Assembly (NCBI GenBank): GCA_002633005.1
Contig: NMRA01000018.1
Span: 22,683 to 86,682 of the forward strand
Source of the DNA: Phoronis australis
Lineage: Eukaryota > Animalia > Phoronida
DNA: 64,000 bases
Direction: 5' to 3'
The notes below the pieces were generated by a model that was not told the DNA's origin, did no database searches, and worked only from the letters and a program-made list of their open reading frames with translations. Positions 1-12,092 of the stretch are shown here, piece by piece. How positions within the stretch are numbered: position 1 is the stretch's first letter; every line of letters starts with the position of its first letter. The position numbers and the translations under genes are program-made.

Positions 1-938
1 CCGCTGTTACACCTCGAGATGCCATGTATCCATTTGGCCTGATTTAGAACACTTGGGGTGTAGAAACGAACAGACTAGAATGAAACAGAGTGGTAGTGAA
101 AAGCAGGAGATTTTTGGGATTGATAATTTGATAATGGGAATTGAAGGGAAAATGCTCACTTTGTAGCGTCAATTTCATTGGCAAAAATAAAATCTTGATT
201 AAAACAAATTCTGTTATTCTCCACTAATCCCATCTTTGGTACACATTATGCACTAAATTTTACACAACAGAGTGAAAATTTGAGAGATTACTTTCAAACA
301 ACGGACAACCGGCTGGTAATTTGAAACGCGTTTTGAAGGTTAATGCCTCTGTATTTTGTATCAAGCGGAAAAGCCAATCAGTTCACGGGATGTGTTACGG
401 TAGTCTTAACGTGGCAAAAGCTCATTGGTCAAGGAATCGTAGGCGTCCAATTTACGCGTCCACTTTGTACGCTAGCAAGCCTTTACTTCACACAAAATTG
501 ATATACCATGGTATGGAGTGTCGTAGTTGACTATTAAAGCGATTAATGAAGTGCGTCGTGTGTACAGTGCACTCTGGTGGACCAGGCGTATACTAAGATT
601 GACCATCCACTTTGTCGGAAACTTTGTACAATGTGTAGTTGAACGAGTGGATGTGAGCAAACTGTTTGATATCATGAAGGAATTTACTCCGATAGCATTT
701 GTAATACACACTTGAGAAATAATGTATGCTTCCAACAAGTAAAACCCTTCGTTTATACCGCAATGTCGTTGATAACTTTACCGAAAAAGTGAACAATGTA
801 TAAAAGGTACACGCATACATGTCCTCACACAGTATAACATACTGCGCGAAGATAGTGTTTCCTCACGAAAGTTCTTCACGGACACGATTTGTCGGTCCGT
901 GAACCAAGTTTTGCAATTGTAAGACATGGTCCCCGGAA

Positions 939-1197
939 TCACTGCACAAAGGCCACTTTCTGTGACGACCTCATTTGCTTATGGTTTCCCACGGACGAGT
1001 TCATTTTCGCCAAGTCCTGTTCACAAATTAGGTTACCATTAACAATGCTGTAGCGATCTCCCGGTACGAGCTGGATGTGACACGTGACACACGTGAAGCA
1101 TTTTAAGTGGTAGACTTGGTTCTGCGCGCGCATCACAAACTCGTTGGCAGGTATGTTCTGACGACATGAAGAGCAGGCGCCGCCAGGACCAAACAAT
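939..1197 (-). CDS. LMO4: LMO4 terminal coding exon (LIM2)
   Basis: Acceptor tgtttggttccag|A, then LFGPGGACSSC...AFVQ and TGA stop at 939-941. Confidence 0.95.
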
Positions 1198-4100
1198 CTG
1201 GAACCAAACAAATAAAATATACAACTTTCATGGTATGCATATAGGTACAAATGTACTGTGAACAAGTATATTACAGCATTGTTGCTACGGTAACCATACA
1301 GATACAAGTGTACAGCATGTAGGTTATCAGGAGGCCCAAGTTTGCTACCAAAACGAGCCTACGGCGGCCATTGTCCGACACGAAGTTTGAGAACGACTGC
1401 AAGCTGCCTTGTCATTCTGTGTTCAAATAAATACTTTCTTTTCGTTTGAATCCAAAGCGCTATTACTAAATCTAAACGTTCAGTTTTGTTTTTGTTTTTT
1501 TTTTACATTATCCCGGACCGGCAGAACGTTTCATAGCTACACTCTCGTAATTTACGAACACTTTTATTAAGCGACCTTTCGAAAATATTTGAAAACTGAA
1601 ACTTTTCAAGTCTTATTATATAGGTCCTGGCCATTGGAAAGCAGCCGTGTATATAGGAGCACTATTTAACGATGTTATGATGGGAGGCGCACCATAGGTG
1701 CACATTTATTTAAGTGCTGCGCGCCCATCATTATGTCATTAAAATTACCAACTGAAGGCCGGGAGCACTTTCTGCGGTAAGCACAGTTGACGAGAATTTA
1801 AAAATCACGTTTTACTTCGTAAAGCACACCATTACATGAACATAGAAGGAATCCAAATACGAGTGTAATATCAGGAAGCCTGACTATGGGCGATGCCCAA
1901 CAGGGGGGGCTGGGGGGGCTATAGCCTTCCCCATGCACCGCCCGTGCTCACTATATAGAAAATGGATTGAGCTTCCTGTGTAACAAATGTTCAAACGATA
2001 AATTTAAATCAAAATCGATTAACCTTTCTTTTATTATCTATACATTAATATTATTTCGGTAAACCAAATTCTGTAAGCAACTGCAAGCGCTTCGAAACGA
2101 TGGGGCTAATATCGCCTTTGAAACTCGGCGTGCTCCTACACGTGCGCGGGAAGTTTTGAGGTTACGAAAATACCCGAGGTGTTCCGGATGCTCTGAGACT
2201 TGATTGATTCGACTTCCGCCACGAGGAGTATTAAGACATTCGGCAGATTGCTGATAATTATTTTCATCAGCGTCACCACGTTATCATATAACTAGACATG
2301 TATTCTGCACAAGACTTACTTCCACAGCCACTGGGCTTTAGCTGATTATAAACCATTCATTCGATTGCGCTTGTCTTGCGAAGAAACGAAAATAAACCTA
2401 CCGCGATAATTATAATACGTATGGCTTTATTAATCATTTCAAAATAAACTCCGTTATCAGATCGTGCACCTGCCATGAAATGAAAACATGCACGGCATCT
2501 CGTGGCAAGCAACGTGTTGTCTGAACACCAACATTATCGGGGGCTCTTCCCTTATTTTCGCAATACCAATATAATTTGACTCCTCCAAATGTTTTCAGAA
2601 CACCGCTGCATTATATTACCCCCATATTTTTACAAGCCCAGCATAGTCTGATTATTCGTGTTATGAGAACTCCAACAATATTCCACTACCGTGTTTTTCG
2701 GAAATCAACATCTTGCAGTTTCCAGGTTTGAAACACTATCCTGCCATTTCGGTATACCCTCTGTATTAGTATAGCAACCTTTGTACTTTCAATATATACA
2801 ATAAGAAACAAATTTCATTGTTTGTCAGGGTTTGAACATAGAAATACAAGGATGGGTTACAACTACGCAGGACACGGCAATCGTGTGTAACGACGCGTGC
2901 GCCGCTTACTCGTGTATACAAGGCTGAGTTCCGCAGACCTCAAACACTCGCTAGAAAAGCTAGCGTGACCACGCGCTCCGCTTGTAATGCATGACAATAG
3001 CTCACGAAGTATTGCGTTATCTTGCGTTTTCGCGAGCCTTTCGTGTCTACGGAGTACAACCCTAGGAATACCGAACATTCCCTTTACAATACGCGACATC
3101 CCTGTGTACGGTGCAAGCAAACCTTGTCAACACAAATCGACACAATAACTCGCACAGTAATTACCAGCAACTCGTTTTAATTCAATAATAATGCGACAAC
3201 TTGTCTCGAGGTAATGAACAATTGTAAAAATCAATGTTCGTTTGTCAATTTCTTCTAACTGTCGCTTATCAAGCTTATTAGCTCTTACGACCTTTCTGCT
3301 GTTTGCACATTTTTTATGTAATTAGACAGACTTTATGATACAAAACACTTGCCTACAGGTTATGGCAGCAGCGCTGACAAACCGAGGCAAGCACCCGTCA
3401 GGACGCTCCAAACTTTTACGGTTTGACGAACGTAACAGAATATCATTTCAATGATACAGACGACATAAATCCAAGCTAACGGGTAAAAACAAGGTTCAAC
3501 AATATTCAAATAACCAAGGAAACGTTCCATGCTAAACATTCCATTCTAGGTTCCAAGGTTGTTTGCCATGATTTTGAATTTGATCTACATTTACATGTCA
3601 TCAAGGATTGCAAAATCCTTTTCAAAAACGCGGAGTGGTTTTGTTGCGTGTAAAACATGGGTAATGACAGACAACATAGAGCGATTCTGGAGTTTAGCAA
3701 TGAAACGAATGTTTTTTGACCAGATAAACTGAACCAGTTACCACTGCACCTTTATACTCGCTGTATTCCAAAACGAGAACCAAAATGACGATTTTCAAGG
3801 ATGACGCTGCGTTTCGCTGTTATCAAATGACATTACTGTAGGTACATATGACATCGTATTTAACTGCTTACAGGGATCGTTTAAGAAAATCGTGGATATG
3901 AGTGAATGGACCCATACGGACTCTAGTCTACGGGCCAATATGTAGGCCCTATGGGCCACGATACTTTTTTATCTTTTTTCGCTTTCAATTTTAATGGCCG
4001 GGGTTCAGCCATCACATTGCATCGATGAAATTATTTTTGCGTCAATGACGTGGTGCGCGCTCCTAAAATTATCCCTCTGCTTACAACGTGTCTATCATTT

Positions 4101-7100
4101 CAGGAAGTTTATTGCATTTAGCAATTCTATTTATTGCTCTTGATTAGTTTACGTAGTGACGTCATTTAATTATAGTCATTTCAACATACGAAATAAACGT
4201 TTTGCCGTAAATTGCTGTATCAGCCTCACCAAGACACACACACGCTTACAGCTGCATAAGAAAGGCATGCGGGCTGTTGTAATAAAACTGTCGTGCACGA
4301 GACGGATGGTCAATTGTGTGTAACACTGCTAATTACATTAACATTAGACCTCTCGGCATACTGGTAAATTTAAGCGCGAGAAGCGTTGTATATTGCCTGA
4401 GCAAACACAGGTTATTTGATTGTAATGGATTAATTAGGCTATGGCACTTCTATCAGAGGGCGATTCATTGATTCGTTGTCCACACTTTTGTCTTCTAAAT
4501 ACATTAACCGTAACATCTGCTTCAGTTAATTTACGTCTGGTATCTGTAACCGGCCAGTGCCATATGACGGCACAGTTCGTGTTGGACGAGCAGGTTTATG
4601 ATTATCAAGTCCCATTTTACAAGTGGTCATGTACCTACGAAATGCATGGTGCCGTCAGCAGTGACGTGCAGCCAAAGTTAGTGAAAAGATTAGAATCCTG
4701 GCTAGTACATGCAATTTAACGTTCGGCAACAGGTGATATGTTTATCTTTTCGGTAACAATGTTCGCGGTTTACTTTCAGTGACGTCAATACAAGTGTCAA
4801 AAACGCTTATCTATGTTATTCTGTCAAACGCGGCACTCACACATTGATCTTTGTTTCGCCGACTTCAATGCGAATAACATAATTAATTACGTCAAATTGT
4901 TATTTTTTTACTATTGAATCCCTTTCTAGTGGGAATTGCAGGAAAATTATGCAAACGTTATTCTTGGTCGACTATAATTCTTCAAAAGTAAAAAACACAT
5001 GTAAACTGGTCTATGTTACGACTAGTACTGTGAAGGTTTCTTGGAAAAATCTGGTTTCCCGTGGCCAGATCTAGACGACTCGACACCATCTTCGTCGAGG
5101 CAAATATCTCTTTCAATTGACGGAGTTTAATGATTAATTGACAGTAATATTTGGACGGAATCGCGTGCGAAACTACAACAACGCGTTTCAGTCGTGTAAC
5201 TGTATCATTACCTCGATGAAATCCGTACTGTATCGCAGATGCTAAGTTACGTAAAATCTATTTTGAAAAGAACGCGGTCATTTTCAGACCTCAGTACTCC
5301 CCACTCAACAAAGGTACCGTAAGCGCCACAGCAATGCGCGTCACAAACACGCATATTCAAGGTTCCCTATGTCAAAATCTTAATGTTACTGTGAGCTATG
5401 AAGATTTACGGGTGATTTTAATGTATTTGGTGACAACGCCACCTCTGTTAGAAAACGTCAACTATCCCACTTCAGCACGATTTCCAAGGGAATTTAAACG
5501 GTTTTCATTGCCATGTCGTTTATTAAAACTCATATCGGTCTTTCGGCTTCCTCTACAAGGGTGGGTTTAGCAAGAAAGCCGCCAGATTAAAATTCAATGC
5601 GTGGCATTATTGTTTATCGCGAAACAAATCTTTAATAGCTATTACGGCTAATAACGAAATTACGGGTTAGACATTGAATAGTGCGGTTGCCCGACATCCA
5701 AGAAAAGTTGGTTGCCTAGTGTTTAGCAAACAATTCGTGCCTTTTCAGGATTTGTTTAGATTTGCAATATACATTTCGCAGGAACGAGGCCAGAACTAAG
5801 ACATTCGATGATGAAAACGCTAGGCTTAATGTCAGTTTACACAAATGAACAAAGTAACCCAGGTTAAAAAACGTTTTCTATTCTAAACAGAGTGTGTGCT
5901 CGAGTGCGTAAGCTGTTCATTTTTAAGAAAGACCTCGATACCGTGCCCGTCGTCACACCAGCAGATTGGAATGAAAACACAAGGACACAATGTACGGAAG
6001 ACCATAAGGGACTTCTAATTTCTTAATTCTGGGAATTTATATCTCAACACAGCGCACGTGCCACTAGTGGCGGATATACGCGCAGTCCACACTGAAAAAT
6101 AAGTTTTGATAACATGTGTATTGCGAAAATGAAATCGATAAATCTGGCCAATTCACGAGTAGGTGGAACCCTAGAAAAATATTCAAATTCGGTTAACTTC
6201 GAAACATCATATTATGTGCACTGCTGTAGTGGGGCGTAGGCGCACGTAAGCGCAGCGAGCCCCATTTTGGGATTTGAACGTAGCGCCTACGCACCGTAAG
6301 TTACGTTCAGTGCTCAAGGTTATGCGGTGGCCTTTGGACACCTACTTACAGTACCTATAATTTTACCAGTACAGCACTGATTAGGTGAAACTTTCGGACC
6401 ATGTACATTATCCACTTTTTTACAAAGAGCTATTAGGAATAGTTTTATAATGATCCACTTTGGGGGTATTAAACAAGACTTTTATTAAAAAAGCATAAGT
6501 TGCATAAAACAAAAACGAAATGATAATTTAGAAAACTGTAACAGCGTGTGTGAGATTTCATATTGAACATTTACAAACAAAAAGTGGTGATGTCATTGCT
6601 AACAGTGACTGTACCCTTCTCTTTTACTGATTTTTCTAAACATGCTTGCTCACGTGACCAAATTTCTGGCCGTTGGGTATAAAGTAAAAAGCCAAATTCT
6701 CCAGGCTTTGAATTTTCAAAAAAAAGAACATTCAGGGAGTTGAATTTTACAGTTTTGTAGACACTTGGTTAAGTGCACAGGCGTGTCTATGACGTCACAC
6801 ATAACCCAAGGCCACGTGGTTTATACTATGTAGTAAATACTAAACAGGTCTGTACCACATATCTACAAAACTAAATATTTAAAAGTAGAAAGCCTGCGAA
6901 GTTTGATTTGTGAATGTTTACCAATCTGCCATTACTTGGATCACGTGGCCACGTCTTTTAGAAAAATTAAGCAAAATCAAAGGTACATCGACAGCAAAAC
7001 AATTGTATAAATGATCATGATTTTGTTTAAATATCAATGTTAAAGACGAAATTTCAAAAACGCCGTTAAAGTTTTCTGAAATGTCATTTCGTTTCGTTTT

Positions 7101-10100
7101 ATGGACTGTAGATTACATAAGTCCAATTTTATAGTCCCTCCTACAAAAATAGAACATTTAAAAAACAGTTCCCAAATGCTCACAAACATTTTAAGTCTGG
7201 TCTGCTCGCCACCGACTGGGCACATCATTTGACCTAATGAACACAAGCCGAGAAGATTTCTGCCCAGATCAGGTCTTTCTGAGATAGGATGTTCCGAAGT
7301 TGGCCAAATTCGGACGTTCACTAGGGTCCTACACGACTTTACTTAGACAGTTGCAAAGACATTCGATTCACCTTGTTCACTCGTTGCTGCGCAGTGGTCG
7401 TTGAATTTAGATTAATTTGGGGTTAGCGTGCCGGGTAACCGTAAGTTATGGACCTTTTTCTGCCTAGGTAATTGTGCGACATACATTTTGCTCGCCATCT
7501 GTAGGCTGGAAGTGTAATTGTACTTGCTGCGATGATTGGTTTCATTCTTCTAGGGACACTGGTGTCCAACAACCCACTGCAGATGTCCACACATCTCTTA
7601 CTGGTGTCCAACAACCCACTGCAGATGTCCACACATCTCCTACTGTAAAAAGGCCATGCCGTGTCTGGTGCATGTACCTTTCACAATGTTTATATTCACA
7701 CGACAAAAAACAGTCAATTTTTCACCTTGTACACACACACGCACTAGTGCGCACGNATGCACACAAGTGGGCACGGGCCCGTCTCACGTTTCGAGACAAG
7801 TTGTGTGCCTCTATTTAACGCTGGCGTTCGTTGCCCGTTGACTGGAAGTGTAATCTATCGTTTGATCACCGTGTCCAAGAGACACACATATACTATGGTT
7901 GCAAACTGCGCGGGAAATGACACATTTTATGCCCGTATTAAATGTGCGGTCATGTAATTGGGTCACGTGAGCTCTGGAGAAAATGTATGCGCCCAAGTTA
8001 AACGGATTGTTTAATCACTTAAATTATACTTTATTGTCACCCATCGAACTGCGCTTGTATGTGAAATTTGGGTGCATGCGCCAATATGCGAATCACTTGG
8101 GTAAAAAAGGCCATGCAAAAAGGCATTGTTGCATATTTAACCCATGGGCCTAAAGGCGCGGCAATACGGTAGTAGTGAATTACATGCATGCTAGTCAACT
8201 CACATCCGCAACATAAGCATGGACGACACCAGCCATCATTGACGTCATGTGTTACTTTTTAATTGCCGCTGTAAAGGCTCTCTTCAAGCGTAATTTCTGA
8301 AGTTTCAAAATCGATAATGAAGGCATTTCAAAGTGAAGTAAGTGCGTGATAACGCGGATATGGTTGGCAATACTCATCAAGAAACAAATCTGCCAATCAC
8401 GTGCCTGTTTTTAAAAGGCGTTATTTTATTATCACTCACGTCAAGATCGTTTTAATACGTTATTATCTGTCATTTAGTTGTTTATGTAACTTCTTGGCTT
8501 ACTTGTTACTTCTGCACCCAATGCCCTGCAGAAGACGACAAAAAACCCCGTGAACTCGAAAGTGCGAGTGACAAAACGCTCGAAAAATAACAGTGGAAAT
8601 TTTGTAGAAATACGAACTCCTCAAAACTAGATGACTAGCAAGAGCGCCGATTGAAGTTTCGACTTCTTTGTTTTGGTCATTACTTTTTACGAGCCAAAAT
8701 TCGAGTGGAAATATGCAGTCACTCGTATTTTTAATCAGATATTTTTAGCTATGTTCAGCGCTGGTAGTGCATGGGCGGCACAGCACTGAAAAAGTGGGGG
8801 CTATAGCCTCCCCCTCCCAGCCCTTCTGGGATGCATCGCCCATGATGTTTTAACTAGTTTTGGCTACCGCGTTGAACATGGCGTCCACGAATTCAACAAT
8901 CACGTGCATTGTACGTGTGCGCACGACTTTGGCCGTAGCAGAAGTCTTCAATCAAATTGGCAAAACTGGTAAAAGTAAGTCACATGAAGTTGGCCAGCAA
9001 AGACGTAAAGAAAAATGATACGATCTTACACACAGACGCAGTATTTCAAATTAATCACACAGACAATGTAGAAAACTGAGCACTTTGCTGCATCATGCCC
9101 GCACTCAACCTGGCTCAGCACAACATACAACAGTTCTTTCATTGTTTGGCCTACTCGATGATATCCAAAACACTGGCGTGTGTTCAGTAACGCTAGGACC
9201 TAGTTAAAATCTGGCCAAAGTCACGTGCTCTTATTTGAAATACACGGCAATATCTCACGTAATCTCGCGAAGTCTTGCTTTTTAGCGAATTCCTAGCGTT
9301 ACTGAACGGGAGGCTGGTTGTTGATGACACAGCCCGGCGATGGGCATTCAATTTGTAGACGCGTACATATGGCCTAACTGGGCTACGAAACGATAAAAAT
9401 TACTGAATCGGTGGCGTTGGAAACAATCATCTGGTGGTTACAGTTGCACATGTATATTGCGTGCAGAACACGTTTTGATTGTTGGCTACATTTTGAGCGA
9501 ATACATCTACTTATATACGACCAGTGACTAAATGTAGGTAAAAATGAAAAGCAGTTGTTTTTAGGCCCACTTAAACCATGTTTACGGTCATTTTCTATTA
9601 TTAGCGTGATGGCGGAACGGCACACTCAGGTGCACGTACGTCAACGTCGCAGTGCGCATTGCATTAAAGCGCTTAGTCTCGCCAGACAGAAATCATCGCT
9701 GTGTATCGATTACAAAGTAGTCGAGTATTCCAATGGCAGTTTTTAATCAATGTAAATTTGCATAGTCAAACCAACCGAGCGTGTCGTGGTTAGAAAAATA
9801 ACGAGGACGGCGTAAACTGCACATTTCAATCATGTCCAAGTGCGTTCATTAACCGGATCGGTTAGCATGTTTCGAGCGAAAGCGTCTCGCGCAAGGGGCG
9901 ATTTGGTATGTGTAAATAAACATTACACTTGTACGCGCAGGTGAAGAGGGAACCGAAGACAACATTTTCTTATCTTGGAATTTCTAGATATATGTTTAGT
10001 GCATAGGAACGACTCAGTGACGGAAACTTTAAAGTGGAACTTGCACGCTAATTCCTTATCTCTGTGATAGCTATGATTGAAGCATATAGTGACATTTGAA

Positions 10101-11422
10101 TATAAAGTAATTTGAAAATTGTCAAATGTTTTTAAGAACCAGTTTTGTGTCGAAAATGATCCCCGTTAATCACTCAACCGTGTATCGTGACGTGATGTTG
10201 GGGAATAACACTGCACAAGATAATAAATAAGAGGTGGTCCAAACCTCGATCTGCACACCTGAACTGAGCACACTTATCGCAATCATTCAGTAGACGAAGG
10301 TCAAATTCAAGTTTCTGTTGGCCGGAAACCCTCACGCTCTCACACGGAAAGTCTATGGTTGCCACGGTAACCCCGAGACAGCAGTATCGCCCCTGGGTTT
10401 TGAGTTGCTCTGGGGGTTAAAGGAGATGATCCAGGGGTTTAGGCCCCCTGTCATGTGAACCAGTAGAATCTGTGTCTTGTTTACCATGTGAACTATAACG
10501 GCCAGTAGTAAATAATAAATGTTTCCAAATAACGTCTCCCTACACTTACCTGGCGTAGTCGTTTTTACACAGGATCATTCCATTTTTACAAAAGCAAGAC
10601 GGCCCGAGCTCTCCTAGCGGCACTTGACAACAACTACATTTCAAGCAGTCTGTGTGCCAGAAGCGGCTCATCGCGTGCAACAGGAATCGGTCCGCTATTT
10701 TGTTGCCACACGAAGCGCATTGTTTTAGATTACTGCATTTGCTCTTCCCATTACTGCTGGCACTAGTGTTGTTGCCGTTGTTGTTGGTGTTGGTGTTGTT
10801 ATTGTTGTTGCTGCTGGTAGACTTGCTATTGGATGCGCTGGTCTGCGGTTCTGGAACTGAAACGATTGTCGTTCTTCAGGATTACGGCCACCAGTGATTA
10901 TCAAGTCAGTCTAAGAGAAACCTTCACACTGCTATTCTCGCAAACTCCTGGGCTCATTCAAGTTACACAGGCTAGAAGCAATGTCTATGACCTCATCAGG
11001 AGTGTACAAAAGCGCTTGTATGCGCGCTACAACACTACTAATGACGTCATGTCTGGTTGAAATAAATTTGAGAAAAAAAATCAGGTATTGACTTAGGTAC
11101 TGTGCCCAGTGAGCTCAGTGAACAAAATTGGCAAAATATAATGCCTCATACCCGGCACTTGCGACATAAGGTCAACTTTACATTTCGTGTAGATAATAAG
11201 AGCGAATATGCGTCACGTTGTTAGGAACTGCTTCTTACGTCGGTGAGGAGGGTTTATTACAGTGGTAGGGCAGAATACATATTCTCTAGATTGAAAAGTG
11301 AATAATTTGTCGTTTATAATTTGAGAAATAATTCTGATGTAAATATCAACTAATGAATAGATAGCGAATATCTTACCTGAATCACCGCTGTGATTCACAC
11401 GGGTTCCGGCTTGCGAAGACAT
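939..11422 (-). CDS. LMO4: LIM-only protein, LMO4-like; join(11377..11422,10550..10856,939..1197), 203 aa
   Basis: Three GT-AG exons with matching phases (1, 2) give MSSQAGTRVNHSGDSVPEPQ..KQCASCGNKIADRFLLHAMSRFWHTDCLKCSCCQVPLGELGPSCFCKNGMILCKNDYARLFGPGGACSSCRQNIPANEFVMRAQNQVYHLKCFTCVTCHIQLVPGDRYSIVNGNLICEQD..QKVAFVQ*. This has two LIM domains and no homeodomain. Motifs IADRFLL, GMILC.NDY.RLFG, VMRAQ..VYHLKCFTC and LVPGDR match vertebrate LMO4 as recalled. Confidence 0.95.
6316..7030. repeat. Two related non-autonomous elements back to back (degenerate inversion centred ~6815)
   Basis: Mirror pairs ttttgtagacacttgg/ccacatatctacaaaa, tcacgtg, and gtaccc..tttttctaaa/tttagaaaaa..ggtac. A relative at ~20200-20450 ends cataaccttaa. 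Confidence 0.5.
7558..7643. repeat. 42-bp tandem duplication
   Basis: actggtgtccaacaacccactgcagatgtccacacatctc x2. Confidence 0.9.
8770..8844. repeat. ~70-bp dispersed mini-MITE CATGGGCG..GGGGCTATAGCC..CGCCCATG
   Basis: Related copies at ~1680-1728, ~1885-1946, ~25489-25559, ~47919-47975 and ~47980-48046. Confidence 0.7.
9182..9312. mobile_element. MITE family with TIR (CTCCC)GTTCAGTAACGCTAGGA
   Basis: Inverted ends; two further copies at 11963-12092 and 60326-60428 share the interior GACTTCGCGAGATTACGTGAGATATTGCCGTG. Confidence 0.8.
10550..10856 (-). CDS. LMO4: LMO4 coding exon 2 (Asn-rich linker + LIM1)
   Basis: Acceptor aatcgtttcag, donor AG|gtaagt; open frame encodes the LIM1 C-x2-C..H-x2-C-x2-C-x2-C..C-x2-D pattern. 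Confidence 0.95.
11377..11422 (-). CDS. LMO4: LMO4 first coding exon (MSSQAGTRVNHSGDS)
   Basis: ATG at 11422; phase-1 donor G|gtaaga fits exon 2. An acceptor ctgttttcag 5 nt upstream of the ATG implies a further 5' UTR exon. Confidence 0.75.
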
Positions 11423-11962
11423 GTTATCTGAAAACAGTCACAGAAGCACGAGGTCAACGCAATTGAAATTACTATCAGATCGCGACGTCACGATCTTCTT
11501 AGACCAGGAGCGGCTGTTTAAGCAAAACTGGCAAGATTTGAATCAGAATGTTTTACTAACTCTCCCAATTCACAATCCATGCAATCCTTGGCCCATTCTA
11601 TGTTAGGATAATTTATACAAATTATCTAAGGAGCTAACAATTTTAAGTCTGTTTCAGAGATCTTGTACTTTTTGTTGAAGAGGGATAAAGATCTTTTTCA
11701 GAAACAGTTGTATGTAACGAAGGACAAGGTTGGTCTTAAGCAGGCTGTGTTTCATTAAACACGCTTCAAGGTTATACATTGGGAAGTTAGAGTGTTAATT
11801 GCAGTCAACAGCATTGTTCAACAATTGCAATGTGACGAGTGACTGCGTGTGCAATTCCGTTGTTGCTACGCAACTTGGCCCTGAACAATTTCCTGTGAAA
11901 CGTAACCAACGCGACATCTGGGATGGGTTCCATAGACAAATCAAATTCGCGAGTAAAGCTGA

Positions 11963-12092
11963 CTCCCGTTCACTCACTAACGCTAGGACCTCGCTAAAAG
12001 TCAAAACTTCGCGAGATTGTGTGAGATATTGCCGTGTATCTTAAATGAGAACACGTCACTTAGGCTAGATGAGTGTTAGCTAAGTCCTAGCG
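11963..12092. mobile_element. Second copy of the GTTCAGTAACGCTAGGA MITE
   Basis: Inverted homolog of 9182-9312. Confidence 0.75.

Noticed and set aside
10652-10897. Leu-rich plus-strand ORF resembling a signal or TM peptide
   Set aside because: It is the antisense of the LMO4 Asn-rich exon.
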